The notes below the pieces were generated by a model. The model did not search any database. It was not told where the DNA came from and worked only from the letters and a program-made list of their open reading frames with translations. The translations under genes were made by a program, and so were the position numbers. A stretch of 64,000 nucleotides of DNA, from NCBI GenBank assembly GCA_950097015.1, contig CATNEN010000037.1, positions 3,844,001 to 3,908,000 of the forward strand. Reading direction: 5' to 3'. The stretch is from Macrostomum hystrix. Lineage: Eukaryota > Animalia > Platyhelminthes. This document shows positions 22,501 through 34,809 of the stretch, piece after piece. Numbering within the stretch: the stretch's first letter is position 1; each line of letters opens with the position of its first letter.

Positions 22501-23133
22501 ATCGGAAATGGGAAATCTTATCCCGCGGGGAAAAACAGCGGTCTTTCTACTGATAATGAATTGATGAAATGTTTTCTATGGGAAGTTGAACTTTATACAA
22601 TAATTGCGCGCACTGTGAGTTTGTCTGCTGCTTGATGCTGGTTGCTGGTGCTGGTGGTGTTGCTGCTGCTGCTGCTGCTGAGGCGGCAGCGGCGGTGGCG
22701 GAGGCGGAGGTGGCGGACAAGCGGTGAACAGAGGCGAAGGAAGGCTGCTCTGGAACCGGGGTTTCATCCCGGCCACCCTGAGACCCGGGGCTGAGTATCG
22801 CGGCTATCTGAAAGGCGAGATAAAGGCAGATGTATATGCATGTCTATGTTAAAACCATAGTATGTTTAGGTATCTGTCTGGATCAGCTGCTCAGCATTTG
22901 TTGAGTAAGGTTGGACCATAAACAAGAACTGGGTTGATTGACAAGATTGAAACTATTTTTTTCAAACTTTTTCTGTCCCTTTTTCAAAATTTCCGAACTA
23001 GTGAAATATGTGACGTTAAAGAAAGTTTGAAATAGAGTGCATAAAATTAATAATAAACTGACCATTGCTTGATTAGCTAGGCATAAGTTTGAGTTCTCAT
23101 GACGATAACGGAAATCTAATTCTCGACTCACAT
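19547..23133 (-). CDS. SH3-domain, polyproline/polyglutamine protein; coding exons 23133-23132, 22777-22614, 22470-21830, 19903-19547
   Basis: SH3 motif ARVLFNFEANGPSELSV...WLFV...GYIPFLY. GT-AG junction phases are compatible (2, 1, 0). The last exon carries KRRVTF and ends QTLV*. The 5' exon assignment is less certain. Confidence 0.7.
20010..20170 (+). repeat. Degenerate 21-bp pyrimidine repeat CCCATTTCCCAATCCTCTATT
   Basis: About 7 imperfect units. Confidence 0.7.
20820..21805 (+). repeat. 15/16-bp minisatellite CCC(C)ACTCTTTCAGAT in the SH3-gene intron
   Basis: About 60 units differing by one C. Stop-free in all three + frames, hence three spurious ORFs. Confidence 0.95.
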
Positions 23134-23627
23134 TTTGGCTAGCAACAGCTTCTCTTCGTCATCACGCCGCTAGGGATCTGGGAAGATAGAGCAATGATTG
23201 GGGAAGAGAGTGAAGAGAGAAAGGGTTTTTTTCGCAATTTTGCCCTAAGTTTTGCCGCCTCATGAAAATCTGGCAGTCCATCTGGGATAGAAATGTTTTC
23301 TACAGCCAAGTGCTGTGAGATTTCATTGCCATGCCCTACTCAAGGGACTCTCGCCCGGTGCTTTAGTTAGAAATTCATAAGCAAGATTGTATCGAGGTTG
23401 GGAGAGTCCCCGACTCGAGAAGTCCAAAGATCTGCTGCTATTTTCCCGCTGACTTTCATTCCGATGATTTGGAATAACATTTTTGCTGAATAAAAATCAT
23501 CATGGTTTAAATGCTGCCTGAGTCTGAGTTTAATTTTCTAAGATGTGACCCCTTGGTTAAAATTTCTTGACCAAGCTTACATCATCGTAAATCAGTTTGT
23601 AAATCAGATTTAAAATATCCATATTCC

Positions 23628-25300
23628 ATCATTTATGGTCTATCATTTAGTTTCGCTCATCCATATTCTATCATTTATGGTCTATCATTTAGTTTCGCTC
23701 ATCCATATTCTATCATTTATGGTCTATCATTTAGTTTCGCTCATCCATATTCTATCAGCTAGATTTTACCAAATCCAAATCACCAAGTCTACGGTCTATT
23801 TTCTTACCTCCATCGTCTATGGTCTAGCTTCTACCATCAATCATCTATATGATCTAGTATCTACCATCCATCGTCTATGATCTAGTATCCACCATCTAAT
23901 AATCTATTATCTAGTTTCCACCCTCCATCTTCTATGGTCTAGCTTCTACCATCAATCTTCTATCGTCTAGTTTCCACCCTCCATCTTCTATTATCTAGTT
24001 TCTACCATCCATCGTCTATGGTCTAGTTTCTACTATCTAACCATCTATGATCTAGTTTCCACCATCTAACCATCTATTATCTAGTATCCACCATCTATCG
24101 CCTATTATCTAGTTTCTACCATCCATCGTCTATGGTCTAGTTTCTACTATCTAACCATCTATTATCTAGTATCCACCATCTATCGTCTATGATCTAGTAT
24201 CCACCATCTAATCATCTATTATCTAGTTTCCACCATCTATCGTCTATGATCTAGTTTCCACCATCCATTTTCTATGGTCTAGCTTCTACCATCAATCTAC
24301 TATCGTCTAGTTTCCACCCTCCATCTTCTATCGTCTAGTTTCCACCCTCCATCTTCTATGGTCTAGTTTCTACCATCAATATTCTATCGTCTAGTTTCCA
24401 CCATCCATCGTCTATGGTCTTGTTTCTACCATCTATCGTCTATGGTCTAGCTTCTACCATCTATCGTCTATGGTCTAGTTTCTACCATCTATCGTCTATG
24501 GTCTAGTTTCTACTATCTATCGTCTATGGTCTTGTTTCGACCATCTATCGTCTATGGTCTAGTTTCCACCATCTATCGTCTATGGTCTAGTTTCTACCAT
24601 CTATCGTCTATGGTCTAGCTTCTACCATCTATCGTCTATGGTCTTGTTTCCACCATCTATCGTCTATGGTCTTGTTTCCACCATCTATCGTCTATGGTCT
24701 AGTTTCTACCATCTATCGTCTATGGTCTAGTTTCCACCATCTAATCATCTATTATCTAGTTTCTACCATCTTTCGTCTATGGTCTAGTTTCCACCATCTA
24801 ATCATCTATTATCTAGTTTCTACCATCCATCGTCTATGGTCTAGTTTCTACTATCTAACCATCTATGATCTAGTTTCCACCATCTAACCATCTATTATCT
24901 AGTATCCACCATCTATCGTCTATGATCTAGTTTCCACCATCTAATCATCTATTATCTAGTTTCTACCATCCATCGTCTATGGTCTAGTTTCTACTATCTA
25001 ACCATCTATGATCTAGTTTCCACCATCTAACCATCTATTATCTAGTTTCCACCATCTATCGTCTACGATCTAGTTTCCACCATCCATCTTCTATGGTCTA
25101 GCTTCTACCATCAATCTACTATATGATCTAGTATCTACCATATATCGTCTATGGTCTAGCTTCTACCATCTATCGTCTATGGTCTTGTTTCCACCATCTA
25201 TCGTCTATGGTCTAGTTTCTACCATCTATCGTCTATGGTCTAGTTTCTACCATCTATCGTCTATGGTATTGTTTCCACCATCTATCGTCTACGATATAGT
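23628..25300 (+). repeat. 42-bp repeat (x3) followed by a 28-bp minisatellite CTATCGTCTATGGTCTAGTTTCTACCAT
   Basis: Units read directly. About 50 diverged 28-mers. Confidence 0.9.
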
Positions 25301-26449
25301 TTCCATAATCTTAAGTTCATGGCCTAGTCTCCCCATGGTGCTTGCTGTGTTAGGTATCCGGATTAAAAACACAGTTAGTTTGACTTACCGTTCAATTTTA
25401 GCCTCAATCAAATAGTTTTCTTATCTAGCTTCAAGTGTGATCACGTGATAGAAAGGCAGCCGATGGCATAGCCATCTGAAATCGATTATTTGCTGACAAA
25501 AAAAGAAACAAAAAGAATTAGTTTTCCGTGTTGATAACAATCTAAGTCTAGCGTAAAACAAGTTGAATAAAGCGCCAATGTGTGAGGACTCTAAGCTGAC
25601 AGTGTTCTGCTTCTCATATGTATGCCTCACGCAGAAGGCATTTCGGTTTATATAAGGGGCTTGTAGGGCGGACTTTGAGTGGCTCAGAGCGGAGACTCGG
25701 CCGTCCTGAGGGACAGCTGACTGGCTGTGAAATAAACAGAGCTTTCGGTCGCTGGCTTTTTAGTGGGCTTGCTGCTTTTCACAGAAGACCAGGCTACGGC
25801 GGTGCTAAGCTTTCTATCTCACTCACTCAACAGTTTTCTTCTGCCGAACACAAACAACATCAGAGTTAAAAGAGGCCGAGCTTCATTTATTAATACTTTC
25901 CTCTCTCTAAGCCTAGAAGAGCTTTGAAAGACCCAAAATTAGCACCTGCAGACAGACTGCCCAACCCCCCAACGAGGGCGGCACGGCAGACCTAGCAGCC
26001 ATATAGGTGCCTGCAGCTCTACAATCAACCGCGGCAGAGTACGAAGTCTAGCTACATAATACAGGGCCTTTTAATCCTGCCGTGAGATTTTTCCAATGCG
26101 GATGGGATCTATCCACTCTCTTCCCAAATAAACTTCTACCAACTCAACCTCCTCTTCCCAACTCAAACTTCTCTTCCCAACTCAATCTCCTCTTCCCAAT
26201 ATTCCTTATCTATGTTTTGTAATCAATTTTCAGTAAATAAATATGCAATAATATTTGCGCGAATTGTCAACAAAATTTCTTTAAATAGGCCCTACGATGC
26301 TACTTAATCTCTTAAGTAGTAGTGCAAGAGATTTACGCGTATACATTTATTTTGCGTTTCTTTTAAAGCAACAGCCTTTAAAAAACTGTAAATAGAACAT
26401 TTTTTGTAAACCTGATCATAAAGGGGTTAAAGTATATATTTTAATTGGA

Positions 26450-27840
26450 ACTGCTGTGGCGATTATGAATCTTTTGTTGGTTCTGCTATAGCTTCTGCTG
26501 CGATTCCAGCCGTGGGTTCCGCTATGATTCCAGCTGTGGGTTCTGCTGCGATTCCAGCTGTGGGTTCTGCTATGATTCCAGCTGTGGGTTCTGCTGCGAT
26601 TCCAGCTGTGGGTTCTGCTGCGGTTCTAGCTATAGCTTCTGCTGCGATTCCAGCTGTGGGTTCCGCTACGATTCCAGCTGTGGGTTCTGCTGCGATTCTA
26701 GCTATAGCTTCTGCTGCGATTCCAGCTGTGGGTTCTGCTGCGATTCCAGCTGTGGGTTCTGCTGCGGTTCTAGCTATAGCTTCTGCTGCGATTCCAGCTG
26801 TGGGTTCTGCTGCGATTCCAGCTGTGGGTTCTGCTGCGGTTCTAGCTATAGCTTCTGCTGCGATTCCAGCTGTGGGTTCCGCTACGATTCCAGCTGTGGG
26901 TTCTGCTGCGATTCGAGCTGTGGGTTCTGCTGCGGTTCTAGCTATAGCTTCTGCTGCGATTCCAGCCGTGGGTTCCGCTACGATTCCAGCTGTGGGTTCT
27001 GCTACGATTCCAGCTGTGGGTTCTGCTGCGATTCCAGCTGTGGGTTCTGCTATGATTCCAGCTGTGGGTTCTGCTGCGATTCGAGCTGTGGGTTCTGCTG
27101 CGGTTCTAGCTATAGCTTCTGCTGCGATTCCAGCTGTGGGTTCAGCTACGATTCCAGCTGTGGGTTCTGCTGCGATTCCAGCTGTGGGTTCTGCTATGAT
27201 TCCAGCTGTGGGTTCTGCTGCGATTCGAGCTGTGGGTTCTGCTGCGGTTCTAGCTATAGCTTCTGCTGCGATTCCAGCCGTGGGTTCCGCTACGATTCCA
27301 GCTGTGGGTTCTGCTACGATTCCAGCTGTGGGTTCTGCTGCGATTCCAGCTGTGGGTTCTGCTGCGATTCCAGCTGTGGGTTCTGCTGCGGTTCTAGCTA
27401 TAGCTTCTGCTGCGATTCCAGCTGTGGGTTCAGCTACGATTCCAGCTGTGGGTTCTGCTGCGATTCGAGCTGTGGGTTCTGCTGCGGTTCTAGCTATAGC
27501 TTCTGCTGCGATTCCAGCTGTGGGTTCAGCTACGATTCCAGCTGTGGCTTCTGCTGCGATTCGAGCTGTGGGTTCTGCTGCGGTTCTAGCTATAGCTTCT
27601 GCTGCGATTCCAGCTGTGGGTTCAGCTACGATTCCAGCTGTGGCTTCTGCTACGATTCTAGCTTTGGCTTCTGCTGCGATTCCAGCTGTGGGTTTCTGGA
27701 GCGATTCCAGCTGTGAGTTCTGCTGCGATTCCAGCTGTGGCTTCAGCTACGATTCCAGCTGTGGGTTCTGCTGCGATTCTAGCTGTAGGTTCTGCTGCGG
27801 TTTTAGCTATAGCTTCTGCTGTGATTCCAGCTGTGGCCTA
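26450..27840 (+). repeat. 24-bp minisatellite TTCTGCTGCGATTCCAGCTGTGGG with higher-order variant pattern
   Basis: About 57 units. The variant GTTCTAGCTATAGC unit recurs every 3-7 units. Source of the AIPAVGSA ORF. Confidence 0.95.
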
Positions 27841-28509
27841 GTATATGCTATGCTTTGAAAAAGAGTTACTAAATTCTTTGATCTAATTAATTAACTTGCT
27901 ATTATGTAAATTCATTCTGTTTTTTTCAGAAATGTTTTGCTTGAAATTTCTGCTTCAATGTGCAATACATGCATACTGAGATTAACTTTTTGGATTGCCT
28001 ATGAAATGCAGTACACATTAACAAATTCGTTTAATTGTCTAACGACCTGGTGCGTTAAAATGTGGAGATTCATTAGCAAGTATGTGCATTTAGCATGATT
28101 CAGCAAAACAACACACTGTCTGTGTTCAGCTGTAAATGAGTTGCTAAGTTTAGCCAAACTGACAATAAGCTGCTTGGTCTAGTTTTTTTTCTTATTTTCT
28201 CAAAAATGCCAACAGTACCATATAACTTAGAAAGAAAAGCAAAAGGAAAGGCTTATTAAAAAGCTCGGAATTTGAGCCTATGCTCAGCTACGCGCATGTA
28301 CTCAGGTGAGCACAATAGTAGTGGAGCCGAGAAACTTCATGGGGGAGGGTTTTCATCAGGAATGCTTCCCAAACAAAAGAAAAAGCAGAGCTGCCCGAGG
28401 CCAGCTAAAAGCAGGCGAGCTCAGTCGTTGTCTTCTCAGCAAAGTTTAGTTTGTCACATTTCCGACCTGTTTGATTGCAACCGAAACCCGTCACAGAAAA
28501 CTGTCAGCC

Positions 28510-31500
28510 ATGTGTCAGTGCATGAACAAGTTTATCCTCGTGGCTGTGAACATCATATTCCTACTAGCTGGCATTGTCATTGCTGGTATTGCCATCTGGG
28601 TCATTGTATCAAAGGACACTATGTTCGACCTGGTGCAGCTCTTAACTAAAGATGTCTCGGTGGATAGGGCCACGCTTGACAACTACATGAACTCAACTTC
28701 GATGCTGCTAGCGGCCGCCTACATTGTGCTGGTGTTTGGCGGCATTTCAATCATCATCGGCTTCTGCGGCTGCTGTGGAGCCCTCAAGGAGAGCTCCTGC
28801 CTGCTCATGTTTGTGAGCGAGAGGCGATTCTGGCTTGGGGAGACAAGAGGGGATTACCAGTTTGGAGTGGAGACAATCAACGACAAGAGGGGATTACCAG
28901 TTTTGAGTGGAGACAATCAACGACAAGAGAGGATTACCAGTTTGGAGAGGGATTATTGACTTAAAGAGAGGATTATCAGTTTGGAGAGGGGATTATCATT
29001 TTGGAGATAGGATTATCAGGTTAGAGATGGGATTATCAGTTTAGAGATGGGATTATCAGTTTAGAGATGGGATTATCAGTTTAGAGATGGGATTATCAGT
29101 TTAGAGATAGGATTATCAGGTTAGAGATGGGATTATCAGTTTAGAGATGGGATTATCAGTTTAGAGATGGGATTATCAGTTTAGAGATGGGATTATCAGT
29201 TTAGAGATGGGATTATCAGTTTGGAGAGGGGATTATCAGTTTAGAGATGGGATTATCAGTTCAGAGAGGGGATTATCAGTTTAGAGATGGGATTATCAGT
29301 TTGGAGAGGGGATTATCAGTTTAGAGATGGGATTATCAGTTTAGAGATGGGATTATCAGTTTGTAGAGGGGATTATCAGTTTAGAGATGGGATTATCAGT
29401 TTAGAGATGGGATTATCAGTTTGGAGAGGGGATTATCAGTTTAGAGATGGGATTATCAGTTCAGAGAGGGGATTATCAGTTTAGAGATGGGATTATCAGT
29501 TTGGAGAGGGGATTATCAGTTTAGAGATGGGATTATCAGTTTAGAGATGGGATTATCAGTTTGTAGAGGGGATTATCAGTTTAGAGATGGGATTATCAGT
29601 TTAGAGATGGGATTATCAGATTAGAGATGGGATTATCAGTTTAGAGATGGGATTATCAGTTTAGAGATGGGATTATCAGTTTGGAGAGGGGATTATCAGT
29701 TTAGAGATGGGATTATCAGTTCAGAGAGGGGATTATCAGTTTAGAGATGGGATTATCAGTTTGGAGAGGGGATTATCAGTTTAGAGATGGGATTATCAGT
29801 TTAGAGATGGGATTATCAGTTTGTAGAGGGGATTATCAGTTTAGAGATGGGATTATCAGTTTAGAGATGGGATTATCAGATTAGAGATGGGATTATCAGA
29901 TTAGAGATGGGATTATCAGTTTGGAGAGGGGATTATCAGTTTAGAGAGGGTGTTATTGACCGAAAGACAGGATTGGAGAGCGGATGCTTAAATTCTTGAA
30001 ACTTTAAACCAGATAGGAAAAAACAGGTTTACAAATTATGGCAACGCGATTACAGTTTAGAACCTGTTTAGGTAAAAAACGGAAAAAATAAAGAACTTCC
30101 AAAATCCCTCAGTACGCCATCGCCATATCCATCGTGCTGATAGCCGAGATTGTCGGCGCCATCCTCGCCGCAGTGTTTAAGAATCAGATCGGCGACAAGC
30201 TGCAGCCACGGCTCATTGCACTGGAGCGGGACCACTTTCTGCCGATGAACCTCACTCTGAATAACAAGACTACCGATGCTGTCATCACCGCCTGGATCAA
30301 CTATGCCCAGACCTCCGTGAGCGGCTCGCCCTGCCATGGATGATGGAATATAATGGATTGCTAGTCTATTCCATTAGTGAAGGAACAGAATGGATTGCCA
30401 ATCTATCTCATGGATGAAGGGGGATCTGCAGCAGAGCGTTTACCGCGTTTGCCTCTCGCGCCAAGGTCCCTGAGCTCGATTCTGCGGCGAGGCCGCATTC
30501 ATTTGGGGCGCAGCCGCGGAGAGAAGGCTTGGGGGCTTGTCGAGTAACTGACACCCTTGAAGGCTAACCTCCAAAGCAAAGTGAGAGTGTACACTGCCTG
30601 ACGGTGAGAAAGTCAGGGCAGATGTACACACCTGTGTGAGCGTGTGCCTGCATACAGTATCCATGTGCGTGTGTACTCGGGAGTCAGCGAAATGGGCAGA
30701 ATTGCCTCCTCGCTGGCTGCGGGTCTAGTGTCACCAAATGATGCGCCATTGCCCGCAGCACTCCTGCAATTTACATTATGATTATTGTCTCATAGGTGAA
30801 GGAATAGAATGGATTGCTACTCCATCCCATTGACAAGGATCAGTATCGCACAGCAGTCAACTGTCTCCAACCCGCAGTTCGAGTGTTGCGGAGTGACCAA
30901 CAAGACTGACATCACTGGGCCGGACACGCTGTGGTCGCGGTCCACCCGGGAGTACAGAGGCATGCCGCAGGTGGTGCCCATCACCTGCTGCCGGATGAAG
31001 GCCAGCAGAGGCGACCTGCTGGCCAGCCAGGACTGGCGCAACGTGGGCAACTACCTGGAGGATCCGAACTGCCCCAACACCGGCAACGGAGTTGTCAGCG
31101 AGGTGACCTGCCATGCACTTTGCCTGCTGCGCTTGGCTGATGCTGGAATTGGCTTAGTGGGAAGGAAGGAGGAAGTTAAGAGAATTTAACTTACCCTGTA
31201 GATTCCGAAAAGTTGAAGTCTATTCCTAAGAATGTTGATCAATTTCTAAGAATGTTGATCAATTCCTACGAAAGTATATCAATTTCTAAGAATGTGGATC
31301 AATTTCTAAGAATGTGGATCAATTTCCTAAGAATGTTGATTGACTCCTAAAAATTTCGATCAATTCCTACGAATGTAGATCATTTCCTAAGAATGTTGAT
31401 CGATTCCTAAAAATGTGGATCATTTTCTAAGAATATAGATCAATTTCCAAGAATGTTGCTCAATTCATAATAATTTTGATCAACTCCTGAGAATGTAGAC

Positions 31501-32350
31501 CAAATACTTAAGATTTAGATCAATTTATAGGAATGTTGATCAATTTATAAGAATGTATATCATTTTCTAAGAATATTGCTCAATTCCGAAGAATGTACGG
31601 CTCGTAGATCGATTCCTGAGAATGTGGATCAATTCCTAAGAATGTTGATCGATTCCTAAGAATGTACATAAGTTTCTAAGAATGTTGATCAATCTCTAAG
31701 AATGTAGATGAATTTCTAAGAATGTAGATCAATTTCTAGGAATGTTGATCAATCTCTAAGAATGTGGATCAATTCCTAAGAATGTTGATCGATTCCTAAG
31801 AATGTACATAAGTTTCTAAGAATGTTGATCAATTTCTAAGAATTTAGATCAATATCTAGGAATGTTGATCAATTTCTAAGAATTTAGATCAATTTCTAAG
31901 AATGTTGATCAATTTCTAAGAATTTAGATCAATTTCTAAGAATTTAGATCAATTTCTAGGAATGTTGCTCAATTCCTAAGAATTTTTATAAATCCCCAAG
32001 AATGTAAATTCACCTGGTAAATGTAGATAGAGTCTTAACAATGTTGATCAAATCCTTATAGTTAAAATCATTACGCGGTCTCCATCACACCCCTACACTT
32101 TCACCGCCAGAGCTGCTACAAGAAAATCGAGGGCATGGTGAACACTTACTCGCTGCCAATCATCATAGTGTGCATTGTGGTCGGCCTATGCGAGGTGAGC
32201 TCTGATACATATCGTTAGACAGATTGATGCTTGTCGATCAATCGGAGACTGATTTTAGCTGTTTTCGCCCTCCAGATCATCTGTGTGATCATGGCCTGCA
32301 GCCTGATCCAGAAGATTCGCAACGACGCCTCTAAGAGCGGGAGTGCCTAG
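28510..32350 (+). CDS. Tetraspanin A (296 aa); exons 28510-28812, 30113-30316, 30878-31102, 32111-32194, 32276-32350
   Basis: TM2-TM3 motif GFCGCCGALKES. EC2 carries CCG, PITCC, NCP and SCY (6 Cys). Four TM segments. All introns are GT-AG phase 0 and match the paralogue. Confidence 0.93.
28850..29950 (+). repeat. 20-bp minisatellite GGGATTATCAGTTTAGAGAT in tetraspanin A intron 1
   Basis: About 55 units. Confidence 0.95.
30420..30785 (+). mobile_element. SINE family 2 copy with a ~120-bp internal insertion
   Basis: Colinear with 14775-15017 (CGCGTTTGCCTCT..., GGGGCGCAGCCGCGGAGAGAAGGCTTGGG, GGCTGCGGGTCTAGTGTCACCAAA). Confidence 0.75.
31225..32050 (+). repeat. 20-bp minisatellite AATGTTGATCAATTTCTAAG in tetraspanin A intron 3
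   Basis: About 40 imperfect units. Confidence 0.9.
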
Positions 32351-32474
32351 TGCTGAATCTACGGAGTCAGCGGAATACCATGCCAAGTTATTCAGAATAT
32401 CTTGGCATCTTTAACAACAATGTACCAGTTTGTCAAATACTACTGCACATTTTCCTATATATTTCGCGCACTAG

Positions 32475-32630
32475 ATGTTAGATAAGGAAACCCAACGCTA
32501 GATAAGGAAACCCAACGCTAGATAAGGAAACCCAACGCTAGATAAGGAAACCCAACGTTAGATAAGGAAACCCAATGTTAGATAAGGAAACCCAATGTTA
32601 GATAAGGAAACCCAATGTTAAGGAAACCCA
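32475..32630 (+). repeat. 20-bp minisatellite GATAAGGAAACCCAACGCTA
   Basis: About 7.5 units downstream of the tetraspanin A stop codon. Confidence 0.9.
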
Positions 32631-33111
32631 ACTTTTCATTTGTATGGTTTCAAAAGCTTCCTAATATCTTATTTCTAATCTTGAATTAAGCTTCGACAAT
32701 TATTTAAGTACATGGATTTTGAGTTAACGAAAAAAGTGTTTAATAAAATACCAATAAGATTTGAATGCTGACATTTGACGACTAACATTTATTTATTTTA
32801 AGCTTTTATCAGTTACTAAGGCCAATGTAGTAGCACATGTCATACGTCACTGCCACTGTTTACGTCACACATCTCTGCTGACTCACTTAGAGATCAATTT
32901 AGCTAAATTGTTCGAACGTTGGCATAATTGGCTAATACCTATATATAAAACTTATATAGGTGTATGGTACCTATTAAATAGAACTTGTACTGTGTATCAA
33001 ACAATATTTGGATTCGAGAATTTGCATTTAAGACGGTGATTCTAAAAAAAGAAACACAACACAAGGTGAAAAAGAAACCGCCTACTTCTTATCCATTTCC
33101 GAAGTAAACAA

Positions 33112-34145
33112 GTTGTGAAGGGTCTGGCTCAGTTGTGAAGGGTCTGGCTCAGCAGTGAAGGGTCTGGCTCAGTTGTGAAGGGTCTGGCTCAGTTGTGAAG
33201 GGTCTGGCTCAGTTTTGAAGGGTCTGGCTCAGTTGTGAAGGGTCTGGCTCAGTTGTGAAGGGTCTGGCTCCGTTGTGAAGGGTCTGTCTCAGTAGTAAAA
33301 GTTCTGGCTCAGTTGTGAAAGTTCTGTCTCAGCAGTGAAGGTTCTGGCTCAGTAGTGAAAGTTCTGGCTCAGTTGTGAAGGGTCTGGCTCAGTTGTGAAG
33401 GGTCTGGCTCAGTTGTGAAGGTTCTGGCTCAGTTGTGAAGGGTCTGGCTCAGTTGTGAAGGTTCTGGCTCAGTTGTGAAGGGTCTGGCTCAGTTGTGAAG
33501 GGTCTGGCTCAGCAGTGAAGGGTCTGGCTCAGTTGTGAAGGGTCTGGCTCAGTTGTGAAGGGTCTGGCTCAGTTGTGAAATTTCTGGCTCAGTTGTGAAG
33601 GGTCTGGCTCAGTTGTGAAGGGTCTGGCTCAGTTGTGAAGGGTCTGGCTCAGTTTTGAAGGGTCTGTCTCAGTTGTGAAGGGTCTGGCTCAGTTTTGAAG
33701 GGTCTGGCTCAGTTTTGAAGGGTCTGGCTCAGTTGTGAGTGGTCTGGCTCAGTTGTGAAATTTCTGGCTCAGTTGTGAGTGGTCTGGCTCAGTTGTGAAA
33801 TTTCTGGCTCAGTTGTGAAGGGTCTGTCTCAGCAGTGAAGGGTCTGGCTCAGTTGTGAAGTGTCTGTCTCAGCTGTGAAGGTTCTGGCTCAGTAGTAAAA
33901 GTTCTGGCTCAGTTGTGAAAGTTCTGTCTCAGCAGTGAAGGGTCTGGCTCAGTTGTGAAAGTTCTGTCTCAGCAGTGAAGGGTCTGGCTCAGTTGTGAAA
34001 GTTCTGTCTCAGCAGTGAAGGGTCTGGCTCAGTTGTGAAGGTTCTGGCTCAGTTGTGAAGGTTCTGGCTCAGTTGTGAAGGTTCTGGCTCAGTTGTGAAG
34101 GTTCTGGCTCAGTTGTGAAATTTCTGGCTCAGTTGCGAAGGGTCT
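33112..34145 (+). repeat. 20-bp minisatellite GTGAAGGGTCTGGCTCAGTT
   Basis: About 51 units between the two tetraspanins. Confidence 0.95.
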
Positions 34146-34809
34146 AGCTTAATACCTGGCTTACAGCATAAAATTTAATAAATGAATTTAATAAATGAAT
34201 TTAATAAATGTAGTGATTCATTACATGCTATATTTAGAAACATTTTCTCTTGGAATAGAAAGGAGGAAAGATAAACAATTTTGCTGCTGACATGACGCAT
34301 AGAATTAATTTGAGATGAGTTCAGAATAAGTCGGTGTTGTTTTTGAGTCGCTTTGCTCAGTCTACTGTAAATTCTCTCTTCTCTCGCTAGCTCTCTCGCT
34401 TTCAAGCCCCGTCTCCAATGGCAACGCAAAGAAACCGTTAGTCTTTCTGTCCCCTCTGTCCTTGGGCTGATACTAAAAATAGGAAATTGAGAACAGACGA
34501 GACGAAAGGCTTCACATGGATTGGACTGAGTTGAGTCACGCAGCTGCAAAAATCGATGCCAGCTGTACACTGCGTTAGCCTGCCTGCCTGCCCACCTGCT
34601 TTGCGCCAGCTAAGTCACTGTTGGGCTGAGCCACATTCAAGCCAGTGGGTGTGATGACTGAGGGTAGGGAGAGGTGGCTAGCAGAGAGAATTGGTCCATA
34701 AAATGCGTGTTCGTCAGGCCGAGCTCAATTTGGGCGTATTAGCTTAGGTCCGACTGCTCGGAGTCACCCAGTCTTGTTATACAGTCAGCGTTCGATAATC
34801 TCGTCAACA

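Noticed and set aside
26512-27858. 448-aa AIPAVGSA ORF (antifreeze- or mucin-like appearance)
   Set aside because: 24-bp satellite with no true ATG start, signal peptide or splice context. I cannot fully exclude coding without expression data.
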